Notes under the pieces: generated by a model
Told to the model about the DNA's origin: nothing
Database searches by the model: none
What the model saw: the letters and a program-made list of their open reading frames with translations, nothing else
NCBI GenBank assembly: GCA_051362555.1
Contig: CM120642.1
Location: 8,308,001-8,372,000 of the forward strand
Source: Lingula anatina
Lineage: Eukaryota > Animalia > Brachiopoda
Direction of reading: 5' to 3'
DNA: 64,000 nt
Shown here: piece by piece, positions 23,801-37,611 of the stretch
Numbering within the stretch: the stretch's first letter is position 1
How the letters are laid out: every line of letters starts with the position of its first letter
Made by a program: the position numbers and the translations under genes

Positions 23801-26800
23801 CCTCTCATTCGTCTCTGTCATCTATAGAAATATGGCCTTTAGTTCACACAAGGACAGCATTAGACCGAGGAGCGGAATAAATTACGTCATCAGAATGCTA
23901 TTGACCATGGGATTTGGAAGCCCAAGGAGCAGTGGGGTCATCGTAAATCCGCATCACTGATGAGACGCACGTTTGCCCGAATTTCGGTCTAAAGATCCCA
24001 TGGCTGAGCAGACCTTCAGTTACAAATACCCCAAAGACTTGGTAAATCCTGTCAAATACTAATTTGTTCAATCAAATTGCAAATTAAGAGACACCCTTTC
24101 TCGCGATTTGTTTTGAAATACCTGGTGAGCTGAGATAATAAACTTGATGACGTGAGTTATCCCGAAAGAAAGAAAGAAACCCTCTAAAGAACCTCTCCAG
24201 TGAAGTGGGTGAGAAAGGTTTTAAGTTAAACAATGAAATGAATGTCGCTACTTTAAATCAACATAACATTTCAAATGTCGACTTGACAACGTTAAATCAA
24301 TAGTGACTTTGAATGCCTTCTGGGGTCTTAGCTTCACGCGTGCATTGGCAGTGGACCTATTTAGGATAAAATAAACATGCACATCCAACCCATTGGCACA
24401 TGGTTATCTTCGTCAACACAGGAAACAGTATGTCGCCTCTCCTGACACCCAACAAACAGGTGGACATGACAGTGGACAGGCCAGGGAATAAATCTTTAAG
24501 ACCTGTGAGGCGTCATAAATGTCCCTCTTATCGATGAGATCATCTGGACATCCACATTGCAATGGGGGCCCTCAGCTCAGGAAGGTGTGGTCAGACTAGG
24601 ACGGACCAGGACCGACATACTGAGAGAGATTGAAGCGCAATTCAGGAGGTGGATACAAGATAGTCACTGCATGGTGTGATGCAGACATCGATTTATTGAA
24701 GGTTGATTATGTACATTATTTACTGTGACCTGTTTTATGAAGGCTTCATAACCTACGCCCCATTTTGAGCTGCGATGCGATCTCAGCGCCTTGAGTGAAC
24801 GTGATGCACTGATTTTATCGCGAGTATGTGAAAGTTAAGTCAAGGTGGACGTAGAGTTATAGCCGTCTTTGTCTTTCTTTTAGGTAGGTGCTTCGTAAAA
24901 AGTAGAGACTAGCGATTATTTTCATCTTTTAAAAAACTATTTCAGTATTTCAAGGAGAGGTTGGTCTTAATCGTATCGTATTGGCTTTATTTAAATGTTT
25001 ACTTGCAGTCATCTGTTTATATGTCAAATTAACAAAACTTGATATACGGGGACAGGGCGGATCTTTTCTTGTATTTCTCATCATGTAAGTGGATGACTGA
25101 CGCAGTCCAAGCCTATATATTTTTGATTTTGTCCTTTCCGTGATGTTTCCACTATATCATACACCGAGGCCCAGGGAGCACTATTGGGCATGTAGCATTT
25201 GTACATATAGGTAATGGGTATTATATACGAGGTGCCACTGTTAACAGACGGTTATAAGGCAAACTTGCATTGCACTTATGCTTTTTATATAAGTATAAAG
25301 AGGGTAAATACTACTGACAAGAAATTCACATATTCCCGTCACTTAACGTTGTTAAATTAGGCTGTCTGTGTTCAAGTATACTCGGTAGGTCATCACTTAT
25401 GTACTAGTATAGGTTTTTACACTCCGAATAAGGCGTTAATTTTAGCAACTTTAACCAAAAACAATAAAAAAACTTTATTCCAGTAAATATATGTTAAGAG
25501 TAAAATACCGTGTGTATCAACCAGTCTTTCTTGAATATAAAATTATGGCATACCAGTAGCTTTCAGTAGTGTATGGTCCTTGATACTTTTAAAAGATCAT
25601 GTACCGGAAGCTTTTTAATTCCTTATTATATCTACATGTACATGTATGTCATATTTGCGAAACACATGTGCATGGATGACGTAGGTCATATAGCCTAGTT
25701 TTGATTTTGCAGACGACATAAACCTTGCCAATGAAAACAACGTAGCTAACATGACGAATATTACGACTCAGTTTCCCATCACCACAACTGGGCTACACCA
25801 TAAGGGAGAAAGTAAGTAGGCCTACTTTTTTAATTTCTGTGAATTACTAAATGTTATAATATCTTTTTTCTGCAGTGTTGTTAATGCTGGCACTGTGGAT
25901 ATACAGTTTTGCACTTAATAACTTAAAGGCATAATAACTCTTTGTATGAGTCCTATATTTCACAATAAAAACCTTGTGAATAACTCATAGAAATATAATT
26001 TATTCTGTTTTACCACAAAAACAGCAGTTATAGCTTTTATTCTGATATTTGAACTTGTCTTTAGACCACGTGACCTCCATTGATGTCTATACTCTGTTAA
26101 AATCTCTTAAGAGATTTTGACAAAAAACCAAACTTTTTAGAAAAAAATCAGGGACTAACTTTGAATGTAAAAATGGATTCATTAACCATTGGTAAGCATG
26201 GGAAAATTGTTGTTTACTCCAGGAAAATTCATTTTTTGGCCGAAACGAAGAGTTATTATTGCTTTAAATTAAAAGTAAATTCTCTTGTTGAAGTCTTCCT
26301 GTGATATTTTTTCTTTTTAACAATTCGATCATCATCTGCTTTTTATCATTCTTTTAATACTTGTAGCTTATTTAGCAATTTTTATAAAGATTTTGCGCTT
26401 TACTTTCGAGTTATACTTTAATAATAATTCAAGAAAACATTTATTTACATGTATCAACGTGTGTTAATGGTACATATTTATTTCCATGATCAGCAAATCT
26501 CGAGGATTTAATTCACACAAGCACGCAATGGTCCGACTTAAAGTTCCACTGGGGCATAGGATGCTCCATTTTTGTTTTACTTGGCCTCGTTCTCGTGACC
26601 TTGCTGCATTTCCGGTAAGCGCCAATGATTGTCAATATAGGCCTACTTTAAGTATTGTTGTCTATGATAGAATAAATAGAGTATATATGTAGTGTCTACA
26701 GTGGGCACAAAAACTGTAATTTCTTGCATTGAATTGCTTTCACTGTGCGTGTTTGCTGACAATCTTGGTTTGAAAGGAAACGATACGTTCTTTATGCCTT

Positions 26801-29800
26801 CAATCTGATCAAATTATTTTTCCTGAATTAAGTCAACCTTTCCTGATGACAGTCCATATCCTTGATGTTTTTTATTAGTGAAAAATATACTAAACTAATC
26901 GCTTTAAATTGTCAATGTTCCTGTCTTCATTCTCTAGCCATTGAGATGTTTAAATGAACAATGTTTATCTATATTTGCTAATCTTATATAATTTGATATT
27001 GAAATGGTGCCATAATACGTTAATTGCGTGTGAAAATAATCTGACGAAAGGCGCAGTGACTTATATATAATTTGTTTGACTTACATCCCATTTTAATATT
27101 TTTATCGTAGAAAAATGTACCTCGAACCAGACAGAAAAAGGCGACGAGAGACAGAAAGATTTGCCAAGCAGCAGGGTAAAGAAATGACCTAACTTTTGAT
27201 ATAAACGTTACGAATTTTTCCTGTACTTTTCGTAATAAGCGGCATGTCCCCAACTAAATATAAGAAGAAACGTGATTTATTGAAAAGGAATATGTTATTG
27301 AAATTGTGAAACCAACAGCCCAGACCGAACAAATTGTCAGATTAAAAGCAATTATTTATATATCAGCGAATATCACTCTTGTAAAATTTATCTTTTTGAT
27401 AAAATACGTGTTGACCTACGGTGACCTTTGCTTCTGTATTTATTATCCATACGATTCATGCTGAATTTACAGACCATTACGAATTCATTATTTCCAGCAC
27501 GAATTCAAATATCCGACAGAGAGGTTATCAGATTAAATGAACGCCCGATAAAAAAGGACGATTTCATAGATGAATATAACAGACGCAAACGGAAGAAGAT
27601 TCTGGAACAGGAATTCTGGGTAAGATGTCCCTGGCTGCATCAAGCAATGATTTGAAGTTAACGTTACTGAAATTTGTCTCGAAATGATGATTGCACTGTC
27701 GCAGCACAAAAAGCAACACCTAGAACTCTTCATAGACGAAACCAAAATTAGTATAAAATGTTGCAGCAACTAAATTTGTAAAATAAATGAATAAATAAAT
27801 AAAATATAGAGTAGCACCATAAAGTATTAATGAAGGTGAAATTTGAATGGTGTCACACCACTCATTTTTTTAAAAAATTCTTCCTTTCTTCCTCGTGTTT
27901 ATACGTGAACGTCTTTACAGGCATTGATTCGTATGGAAAAAACGAAGAAGACTAACATCGATTCAAATGGGCTAAATGGAATGGACCGCTTGGTGAAAGT
28001 TTTCCAGACTTCATGTAAGGAATCTTTCTGCTGTCCTTTAAGTGTTTGTTTATGTTGAATATTTGTTTTATAGCACAGTTATTGGTATTCTTGCGCTTAT
28101 TTTCTTTTGATGGTTAATAAAATAGTCGCAGTATGTGTAAGATATAACAAGAACTTATTATGTCAACAAACACAGTCGGATGCTATGTGATAAAATGGTT
28201 GAAATCCTTTTTATTATTGTTCATATTATATGTCTTATCGTGTCGCGAATTTTATCTTTCTCGAATGAAAGGCGTTAGACCGAGTATAACGACTGCATGT
28301 AAGCTATTTTTTTGTCGTGGCGTCAGTTAAAAGTACGCTTTAAATTATATACTGCAGCCAAATATGCTAGTAATTATGGTGTTCGGCTGACATAGGGACA
28401 TAAAACCACTGAACCTACATATTCTGTTTCTTTTGCGAAGTCAAAGGCGAAACAAGCACATGCATAAAAGTCATGTTATTGTAAAAGATATATCATTACA
28501 GCCAAACATAGCGGAACAAGGGGGTAGCATGGTAATAACATTATGCAGTAAAGTGATAAGATCTTAGGGATATCTTCAGAGATGCTTGTCTCCATGAGGA
28601 CAAGATAGGGCCCTATTAGGTTTGTTTACACAATACCAAGAGGTGCAAGTCTTTCGCGGCGCTGGTTCGAACTTCGCCTAGTGATACCATATACGTTTAG
28701 AAAGAAAGTTTACGTACCAAGTGAAAGAAATCGAAAGGTTTTGTCCAACAAACCATCAAAACAGAGTACCATTTGCAGAAATGATTGTTTATCATCATTG
28801 AGTATGGATAGAGCGTTGGATAATCGCCAGTTTAAACAGAAATGGAACTGCTACAGTTTTTGGTGTTTTTCTAATAGTTTCATGCACTTGCCTTAAGAAA
28901 AGTTTAAAGGTCTCTCCCCTCGTGAGGACAATCAGTGAAATAGAAAAGATGCCCTTCGGACATAAACGTTTATTACCCATACGTGATGTGGGTATGAATT
29001 GAGGTCTATCTGCGCGTATACCAACACGGTTGATTTTTGACATGTGGAAAAATCTGAAAAGCTACGAGTTGATTCATAAGAATGTATGCGTTTGAGTTTA
29101 AGACCACTCATTCATTAAAACGAAACTACAGAAATGTTTAGACACCGTGTGATCGAATTATTTTAAGATGGGATTGTAATGGTTTTTGTGTTTAAATCAT
29201 TCAGTATCATTTTAGTTAATATTGGACTGTATGAATGAAATAATATACAGTACTAGATTGCTATGTATATTTTAAAGGACGCAGCGGTGTAGAAACAAAT
29301 TCTACAGTTAAACATATTTAAGCCAAACAGAGAAGTCACGTGGCCCCTGTGTCCTAACAAACATTATTGCTGTTATATGTTTTGTGCATCAAACCGCAAT
29401 CTTTCTTTTCTTACTAGTTGCTGTAGCGAACTCACTGTATGATGTCGCCTCAAAGAAGAAATTTTTAAACAACATATACACAGCCCCACTTAAAATAGAC
29501 GTAAGTGTACTGTACTTCGGGCTTATGTAAAGGCATTAATTCTCATTTTACTTTAATTTATATAGCTCATGATAAAAGAGGACTTTCAGATCTAGATACA
29601 GATATTTGAATACAAGAATTTTTGTTCGATATCAGAAATTTCATTTTATTCTACATTTAACTCTTCTTTGTAGAGTTTTGAAAAGAAGAATGCGTTTGAA
29701 GCAGTCACAGGTGGGTCGCTATATTTTTGTCAAAAAAGATGATAATTGTATATTTTAACACCTAATCAAGTTATTTATTTATTTATATATTTATTTGAAT

Positions 29801-32800
29801 CATAACCAGTGATTTTTATTTAACTACATACTGAAAACTTACATGTGTACGTGTAGTTGATGCTAGTGTGGCAATAATGTTCTCTCCACAGCGCCCCTGC
29901 CTCAGACCGACTGTAATTCTTACCTGTATGTTTTATTTATCTATGTACATAGTACTTACATGTACGTTGATTGTGGACATGTAGTTAAATGCTAGCCTGA
30001 CAAATATGTTTTCTCCACAGCGCCTATGTCTCAGGCCGACTGCAACATGTTCTGGGAAATGGTCTGGAGAGAAAACGCCGCCTCTGTTGTCATGCTAACA
30101 GAGAGGTTCGAATACAGTAGGGTGAGGTGCCATTTTCCTCTTTGTCAGTGGGTTTGCCAAGGGTTTATGTCAGTATTTACCTCTACATGTATTATTCGTG
30201 GTCTAGTATCCGTATAAGTTAATACCAATACACACACAAAAAAAAAACTACTTTCCGGGATACGTCCAAATGGTACTGGTATTATGTAAGGGTTTATTGA
30301 TCAGTCTTCGTGCCTGATTTATAGCATTAATTTTATTTATTTTCAGTGGTAATAAAGGTCACGTTTTTTATGGGTACATATTTCTTTTATTAAAATCATG
30401 CATATACATCCACAATGCAACTTAGACTGTCGCTTCCTTTTTTAAATACAGGTTTTAAGTTTCAAATACTGGCCGGATAAACTTTCCGACAGATGGCACT
30501 ACGGAAACATAAGGGTGACGCTCCAAGACACATTAAAGACTGCAGACTGCTTTGTCAGGACCATGGTGCTGCAGAAGGTATTTATCAACATTTTACCTCC
30601 CAGGTGAAGTCATAACCGTAAATAAAAAAATAGCACCAGAGCAGAAAATAATGGTCATCATCATAACCACCATTTGCCCATGCCTCCATATCAATTACAC
30701 GTTAACCTTCCTAGAAAATGAGTGGTCATTAAAAACTGAATGTTGAAGATGACTAAAGAGTTAAGGTAAAGAGACAGCCGCAGATCGAGATAAACGGAAC
30801 GACCCCATATTGTAAGAGCTTCACTTCAAATGACACTCATTAAATGATACTGACATTTCCAAAGTTCAAGGGGTTGGAATCCCAAGACGGGAAGTACTTG
30901 TGCCTCGATTTGGCCGATTGTAGTGTGCAACGAAAGGCTCACCAACTGTGAATAAGTGAACTCAGCACCTGTGCTATATTTTATGGGCACATATGGGACG
31001 AAGAAAGCCAAGATATGTTGTTACTCGGTTCTCGTATCATTTTAAGTGTACTGTGCGTGAAAGTGACTAAATAGCAGAATTGTCAACGAACTCAACATAC
31101 CTCCTTCTTGGGGGTTCAACCCCTTTGAAGATGCTGCATGTTACTTAAATATTTGTTAAACTTGTACTGCAAAACAACGCGTGAGTGGGTGCACACACAC
31201 GTACGCGCGTACGCATGCACGCTCCCATAGTGCTGTTTTACACACATTTTACTTCAGCGTTAAATCAAGAAAAGTGTGTTTTAATATGACTTTTGGAATG
31301 ACCTTATCGACTAAAGTATAATTTAAAAGCACTTGTACAGATGAGAACGACAATGAAGATATTTATTTTTCGTTTTTCCACATGTACGGGTGATTAAATG
31401 TTGTCGTATTCATAATTGGCCGAGCAGACGTACTCTTCCTTATAATTCAACCGTGCGAATCCATTGCATTTTCTGTTTTATATGTATATAATTTATCATC
31501 TTGTACTTTTAGAAACACGGCGTCGAGAAGCGAACGATAAAACATTTCCAAATACGCAGTTGGAATGGAGGCCGCCAACCCACCCCCGCCATGTTGGTAG
31601 ACCTGTGGCGGAGAGTTAACGAGGAGATGGAGCACAGAGGAAGACTTTGTGGACCAATTATTCTGCACGAATCGTAAGTTTTATTTTTTCACATCAACCA
31701 CTCTTTATTAATTGGTTAAATGTACATCGATGAACAAAACCGCGGCATTGTTTATCATTTTTACTTTGTTGATTTTATGTCATACCCCCCTCCCCAGTAT
31801 CTGTTTGCCTTTTGTCACTAGACCACAGAAATAACATGACAACTGCTGACAGAAAACTAGTTAAGTGGTAATCCTTACGTTGTGGCTTTGCTTCTTTTAT
31901 CTCACGCCTGTGTTTTCTAGTGGTCGTGAAATGTGCATGGCGGTCGTTATTGAGTTTTTAAACAATCTGTAAATTCAAACATCGACACTGCATGTTCAGC
32001 AAAGTAAAACGAACGTATTGTAGGGATCTTTTGAAAAAATTTTGGTAACCCACTCCGAACGTCCGTAGATTTAGGGAAGTTGAATCTTTGGCACTTATGT
32101 TGTTTCATTTATTGCATGGATAAACATGCTTCCTTGTTATTGTTTTTAGAAAACAAAGCTTCGCCAAAACCGGTGTGTATATCGCGTTCCATGAAGCCAT
32201 CACACGACTGCGTGCCAAAAATGATGTTAACATTTTCAACTATAGTTCATATATGCATAAGGTTTACCCAGGGTTGACTAGTGATAAGGTAAGATGAACT
32301 TTGAATTGAAATTTTGGAAGGTTGATTTCATAATGCATGCATTTTATGCGGGGTACATTGACGGCAACTTAATTATCTATATAACAAAATAAATTAAACA
32401 TTTTATTTTGCCTTACTTTTCTGCGTACTTACTGAAATACATTAAACTTTGCTCATTTGTTCTTCTATTTCACATATTAGAAAGTCAAAACATTCTCACA
32501 CAATCTTGTTATGTCGATTTTATGGATGCAAAATGATACCGTAGTGATCGGCGAAGGCAATTAAAAGTATAGAAACAGCTCGTTCTTTCAGGAATCTTAC
32601 GAGTTCATTTACGACGTCGTTGCCACGTTTCTCAATTGCCAGTTTGCCGGAGTAACGGTGGAAAAATTCGAGGGCCTATGCAAAAACCTTAGCAGTAAAA
32701 GGGGTTGGTTTCACAGGGACGGGTATCAAAAGGAGTTTGAGGTATGTAAACCATTGCTCGCAAACTATTACATCAAAATAACATGAAAGTGTTTTAAAAC

Positions 32801-35800
32801 ATTTAGATAACTTGAAAATTTGTTTCCTATAATGAATAAATTTCAGTTTTGCTGTACTGATTCTCTTAGTTATTATGGTGCATGCGCGTTGGAACATTTC
32901 ATCAGTGCTCCGCGCAGAATTTTTTGATGAGTGCCGAATTGCGGTTGTTGTACCAATGATTTACTCGCTCTGTATTGAATATCCCCTACCGCAATGGGAA
33001 TATATTCGAAGTTAAATACACATTAAACCCCGGAAAAATTTTTAAAGTAATGGTTTTTTCTTTGCAAACATTTTTTACTTTAATTTTAAAGCTGCTGAAC
33101 AATATGGCGCCTGTGCTGACCCCTAGCGACTGTGCGGCAGGTTACATGTTAGAAAACAGGCGGAAGAACAGAGATGCTATTTTACTGCCACGTGCGTATT
33201 TATACTGTAATTTGTGTAATGTATAGCAATTAACTAAAAAGCTCTTATCCACGACTATTAGCACAATAGCAATGTTTATATGCTTAACTACAACTTTTCT
33301 CAATTCATGCTCAATTTCTCTTTGGTGTAAAGGCCAACGGATAAACAAAATGTTTATTTCATATTTCTCATGTTAATCTGTGTGCTTAGTGTCTTTACAA
33401 ACTCTCCTCTTTTAAAGTATAAGCATACATATTTCCTCTCAAGTGGGTTTCTATTTCTTTTACGTTACAATGAATACTTAGTGTAAATCATAATTTGTAC
33501 TTATAATTTTTTTTCATCCAGCGGATAAAGCTCGGCCGTACCTGAAGAGCATTCAAAGATCGTCCGGGACTGACTACATCAACGCTCTTTTTGTCGATGT
33601 AAGTTTTATTACGGAATTTTACCCATTCAAATGGACATAGTGTGGGCTATGACAGGGAATGTGGGCTGTACTCTTGATGTTTTTAGCATTTGTTTTAATA
33701 CTTGTAGAAACCTTGTTTGTATGACACAAGCATGCTATAGTAGGAACAGGGACGTAGGCTGTGGTTTGGGGAGACGGGCATCCAGATATTTGTGTAAAAG
33801 ATTTATTTTTGGACCTATATCAGGTATAACCCTTTCCTTTTGCCCAATCCACCAGAAGACTTAATTTTCCCTCAGTCAGCATCTAGATAAGCACCTCAGG
33901 CTGTACAAATAACTTGCTTACCTGTATTGTTAGTCTTCAACAGTCGGAACATTCATAGTCAGTCAGAGCATTTTTCTCAGCCTTGACGAATAACCAAAAT
34001 TTAAAGGTTTTGCGGTAATAACAAGCTGATGACAACCAGTGTTTTTCGTCTTTATTCTTAATTTGTTCATTTCTGGAACTTTTTAGGGATACAGCGAATC
34101 TAATGCCTTCATAGTGACGGAATGGCCGTCTACCAAAGGAACGGTCAATTACCTATCTACCGTCGGGGACTTCTGGACGATGGTGTTTGACCATGACATA
34201 AGTGAAATAGTGGTGCTGCATAACTTTAAACATAAAACGGTATGTCTGAGGGACGTAGCCTTTCTACAATCATAATATATACATCTGCTGAATTTTTTTA
34301 TTATGTTGAAAATCGAGAATGAAGAGCTCTCTCAAATTCCTTCTAATGATATTCAACATAAAGTACTTTTATTTCAGAATAATTTTATTTAAGCAGAAAT
34401 TGTAATGAAGAAAAGAAATTTTTTAACGTAAAATAAACCGTGTAGTCCATCAATATGTTTATATATTATGATTAAATATTCTTTGAAAATGGGATGCACG
34501 AACTTAGAAAATTGTTTCTTTAAAAGTTGACAGGCGTCGTGTATGATAAATGAAATATATTTCCATTTAATCAGTTTCGCGAACCGTTCTGGCCCACTTC
34601 GATACAATGGGGTGAAGACTACAATAACTTCAGAGTCTCTCTGCTCTCAGGGAAACGACAACCCGAATACATGGTCAGGAACTTTTCTGTCATGGTGAGT
34701 GACAATATTATGACTTTTATAGAACCTTAAGGCTTTCTGGAAATTATACACTGTTTCTATGACTAAGAGATTTTCCTGATACTTCATGCTTATTTCAATA
34801 TTTTAAATAAGTTTTAGCGATGTTCATATCAAAAAGGCATCGCACTTGTGAAGCAGATTGCAAACTTAAATTATTTTACTGATATATATTATTTATTTAG
34901 TTATCCATTTATTTGTCATGTTTGGTATTGGTTTATGTTTCAGAAAACGATAGACGACAAGATGTACCGCATGCTGGGAGAACTTGGCGTGGTAAGTGCG
35001 CAGGAAGGACGGACAGTTAGATAGTTATATAAATACACAAATAAATAGATAGGAAGAAAGGAAGGAATACCGTTCGTCTCTTACTCTGCTGCTTTAAATG
35101 GCATGTCCAAAGAGACAGCTTTAATGAAAGCATTTTTTTTTTGTTTATTCACAGAAACTTGCAAAGAAAGAACGTGCCTTCAACTCGGTGTGTAAATACG
35201 TCACCATGATTCAGCTTCTCAAGTGGCCAAAATACAACCGCAAAACTGGAAGACTAAAGGAACAGCAAGGACTCATACAGGCAGCGCTCCTGGCGGAGGA
35301 ATTGCAGACTAAGAACGCGTCCAAAACGGGGAAAGAACGCCCGATTTGTGTTGTATCAAAGTATGTCTGCTTGGCAAAACATTTTGAATATAGTATTATA
35401 CATTCCAAAGTGTTAAGAAAACTCAAATTCTATCGATATAAACCAAAACATAATTAAATTGCCCCACTTATTAATTACTTCTTGCTGAATTTTCAATCGT
35501 ATTATTTGATTTTGAATAATAAGATTCTTGCGATCATGTACTGTTTTTAATGTATATATATATATATACAGGAGCCTGTCTTTGTTAAATGTCTTGCACT
35601 TGGGGAAATTGACGGACTGACAAAGTGAGTTTTAACTTCTTCAAGTTACATGATTATAATATTGATATATTTCTATTTGTTCTGAAGGGATGGAGTAGGT
35701 AGATGTGGAGTGTTCTGCACTGTGAGTAACGCGCTGAGCAGGATCAAAGCCGAGAGAAAAGTTGACATCTTCACCACAGTGAACGCCGTCAAAACAAACA

Positions 35801-36262
35801 GATCCGTGCTAGTCAAAAACGTGGTATGTCTGCCTCTCCATTCTCTCTCTTCTTCTCTCTCCAACTACTAGATCATTCTATTCAATCACATCGATATATT
35901 GCGCTGATATAATTCAAACGTTTTAAAAAGTAAGATTTACTGTGAGATTTATGAATTATTAAATGCGTAATTTAAAATGAAAGAAATTCGATAGTACGAT
36001 CCTTCAATATCTGTATGTTTTTGTGCACGTGTACGCACACTCGCGTATATACGTGCGTGCATGTGCCAGAAAACAAAATGAAATTTTGACAGTAATAAAA
36101 ATGAATTTATTGTCATTACAGAAAGAATACAGACTTTGCCACGATACTGTTATGGATTACATCAACGCCGAAACTACCGGAATAGTGAACGGTGGTGGTA
36201 TAATTAATGTGGCGTATTGTAACGAGACGGAGACAGAGACGGAGAAAGAGTCCCACGTTTAG
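20881..36262 (+). CDS. Receptor-type protein tyrosine phosphatase-like pseudophosphatase (short ectodomain, one TM, tandem D1/D2), ~784 aa
   Basis: Exons 20881-20956 (tentative first), 25713-25811, 26494-26614 (TM WGIGCSIFVLLGLVLVTLLHF), 27111-27175 (basic RKRRR), 27498-27619, 27921-28014, 29418-29500, 29674-29710, 30021-30121, 30452-30577, 31513-31673, 32150-32288, 32592-32741, 33092-33191, 33522-33598, 34087-34239, 34575-34694, 34944-34991, 35155-35360, 35688-35823, 36122-36262; all in frame. PTP motifs: FWEMVW, KYWP, NRRKNR, DYINA, DFWTMV, FWP, DGVGRCGVFC, VDIF. Confidence 0.88.
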
Positions 36263-37611
36263 CAAATGATTAAGACAAAGATAGCGAAAAGAAAGGAAGT
36301 TGTGCAAAGAAATGCCACCGGAAATATCAAGGATGGACTCACAAAATGCATTTGACCATCTGGAAGGTGGCGGGAAAAACCGGAAAAATGCAGCGAGACC
36401 AACAAAAATGATTCGATGTTTATCGCATGCACTGAATCAGTGCCTTACCTGTAGAGGCATCTGTTTTTAAAAAGTATTGTGACTATCCTCCTCCTGTGTG
36501 ACACCATCTTTATCAGAAAATGGAAAGGGGAAGTTTTTGCCTTGGTGGCAGACTGACTGACAACACACAAAGGAAAAACACTTCAAAATGGTTCTCAGTA
36601 TCAAACTTCACTGGGGGCAGCACATGGCCGTCTATGAAAGTGGCATTTATACGAAATTTTTATGCTTTTTAATTCAGTGGGCAATAGTTTGAAATATCCA
36701 TGCCCATTTTTCAGACAGAACGGAAGTGAATTTTGGTGTCTATAGCCTTTAACCTCATTCAGTGAGACCCGGTGGGGGAACCTTTACATCTTTTTCGAAA
36801 AAAATATTATAAATTACAATAACTTTATGGTACTGAATATTTTGTATGCAAAATTCTCGTGAGACATATAGACTTAAAGTTTTTAAATTGGCTCTCACAA
36901 CCTCCCAGGATTTAAGACGACATTATTGGTTGCTATTTGGTATTTGGTCTATTTTATACGGTATTATATATCTGTAATAGGAGCAATGTGGTACCTTACC
37001 GGTATTTGTTTTAGTAAGATTGCCATAGAGCCATCATTCCATTTTATTTCTCTCATATTTTAAATATAAGTTAATAATTATCCCAGTTTACCGTCACTCA
37101 TTCATTTGAGATTAAGGCCCGTTTTTATTATTACACTCATGCCACTTTGTAGACGTTTGATAAGTTGTTTATCGTTCGAATGACAGGGGGCATAGAAAAG
37201 TTACGGCTGAATAAATAGATTCGCTGGCGAATCAGAAGACGATAGTTACTCTTTCGATATTTATGTATAAGAGGCACTGGACTGAAATAAGTGATATATT
37301 GTGTGCATGTACCTCACTTTATTTATTTTTTTACAACTTATTTATTTACTTGTCAATTTATAAGACAACTACACTCCAAAGAATTTACAGCTGAAATTCC
37401 AATTAATCTCCAGACTATGGATCTAACTAACAGGGAACTATTTTGAAAATTGTTCACAATGATTTGTATCCCGAGCTGAAACACCAACCGAACCGTTTGA
37501 CTTTCAACAATGTTATTTGTGTACTGGATTTATGTATTTAATATCCCACAATATATCCTGCATTCTATGAAATGGACGTGTTTTTCTTTTAACTGTGACT
37601 TAATCCCGCAA

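Noticed and set aside
23930-24005. Hammerhead-ribozyme-like core (CTGATGAG...CGAA...GTC)
   Set aside because: GAAA reads GAAT, and stems I-III cannot be paired convincingly next to the core. An Infernal search would settle it.
24420-24680. GC-richer exon-like or RTE-LINE-like fragment
   Set aside because: All three frames after the acceptor hit stops, and similarity to LINE 3' ends is too weak to support.
28640-28690. B-box-like GGTTCGAAC suggesting a tRNA or SINE
   Set aside because: No cloverleaf, no properly spaced A box and no second copy in the window.
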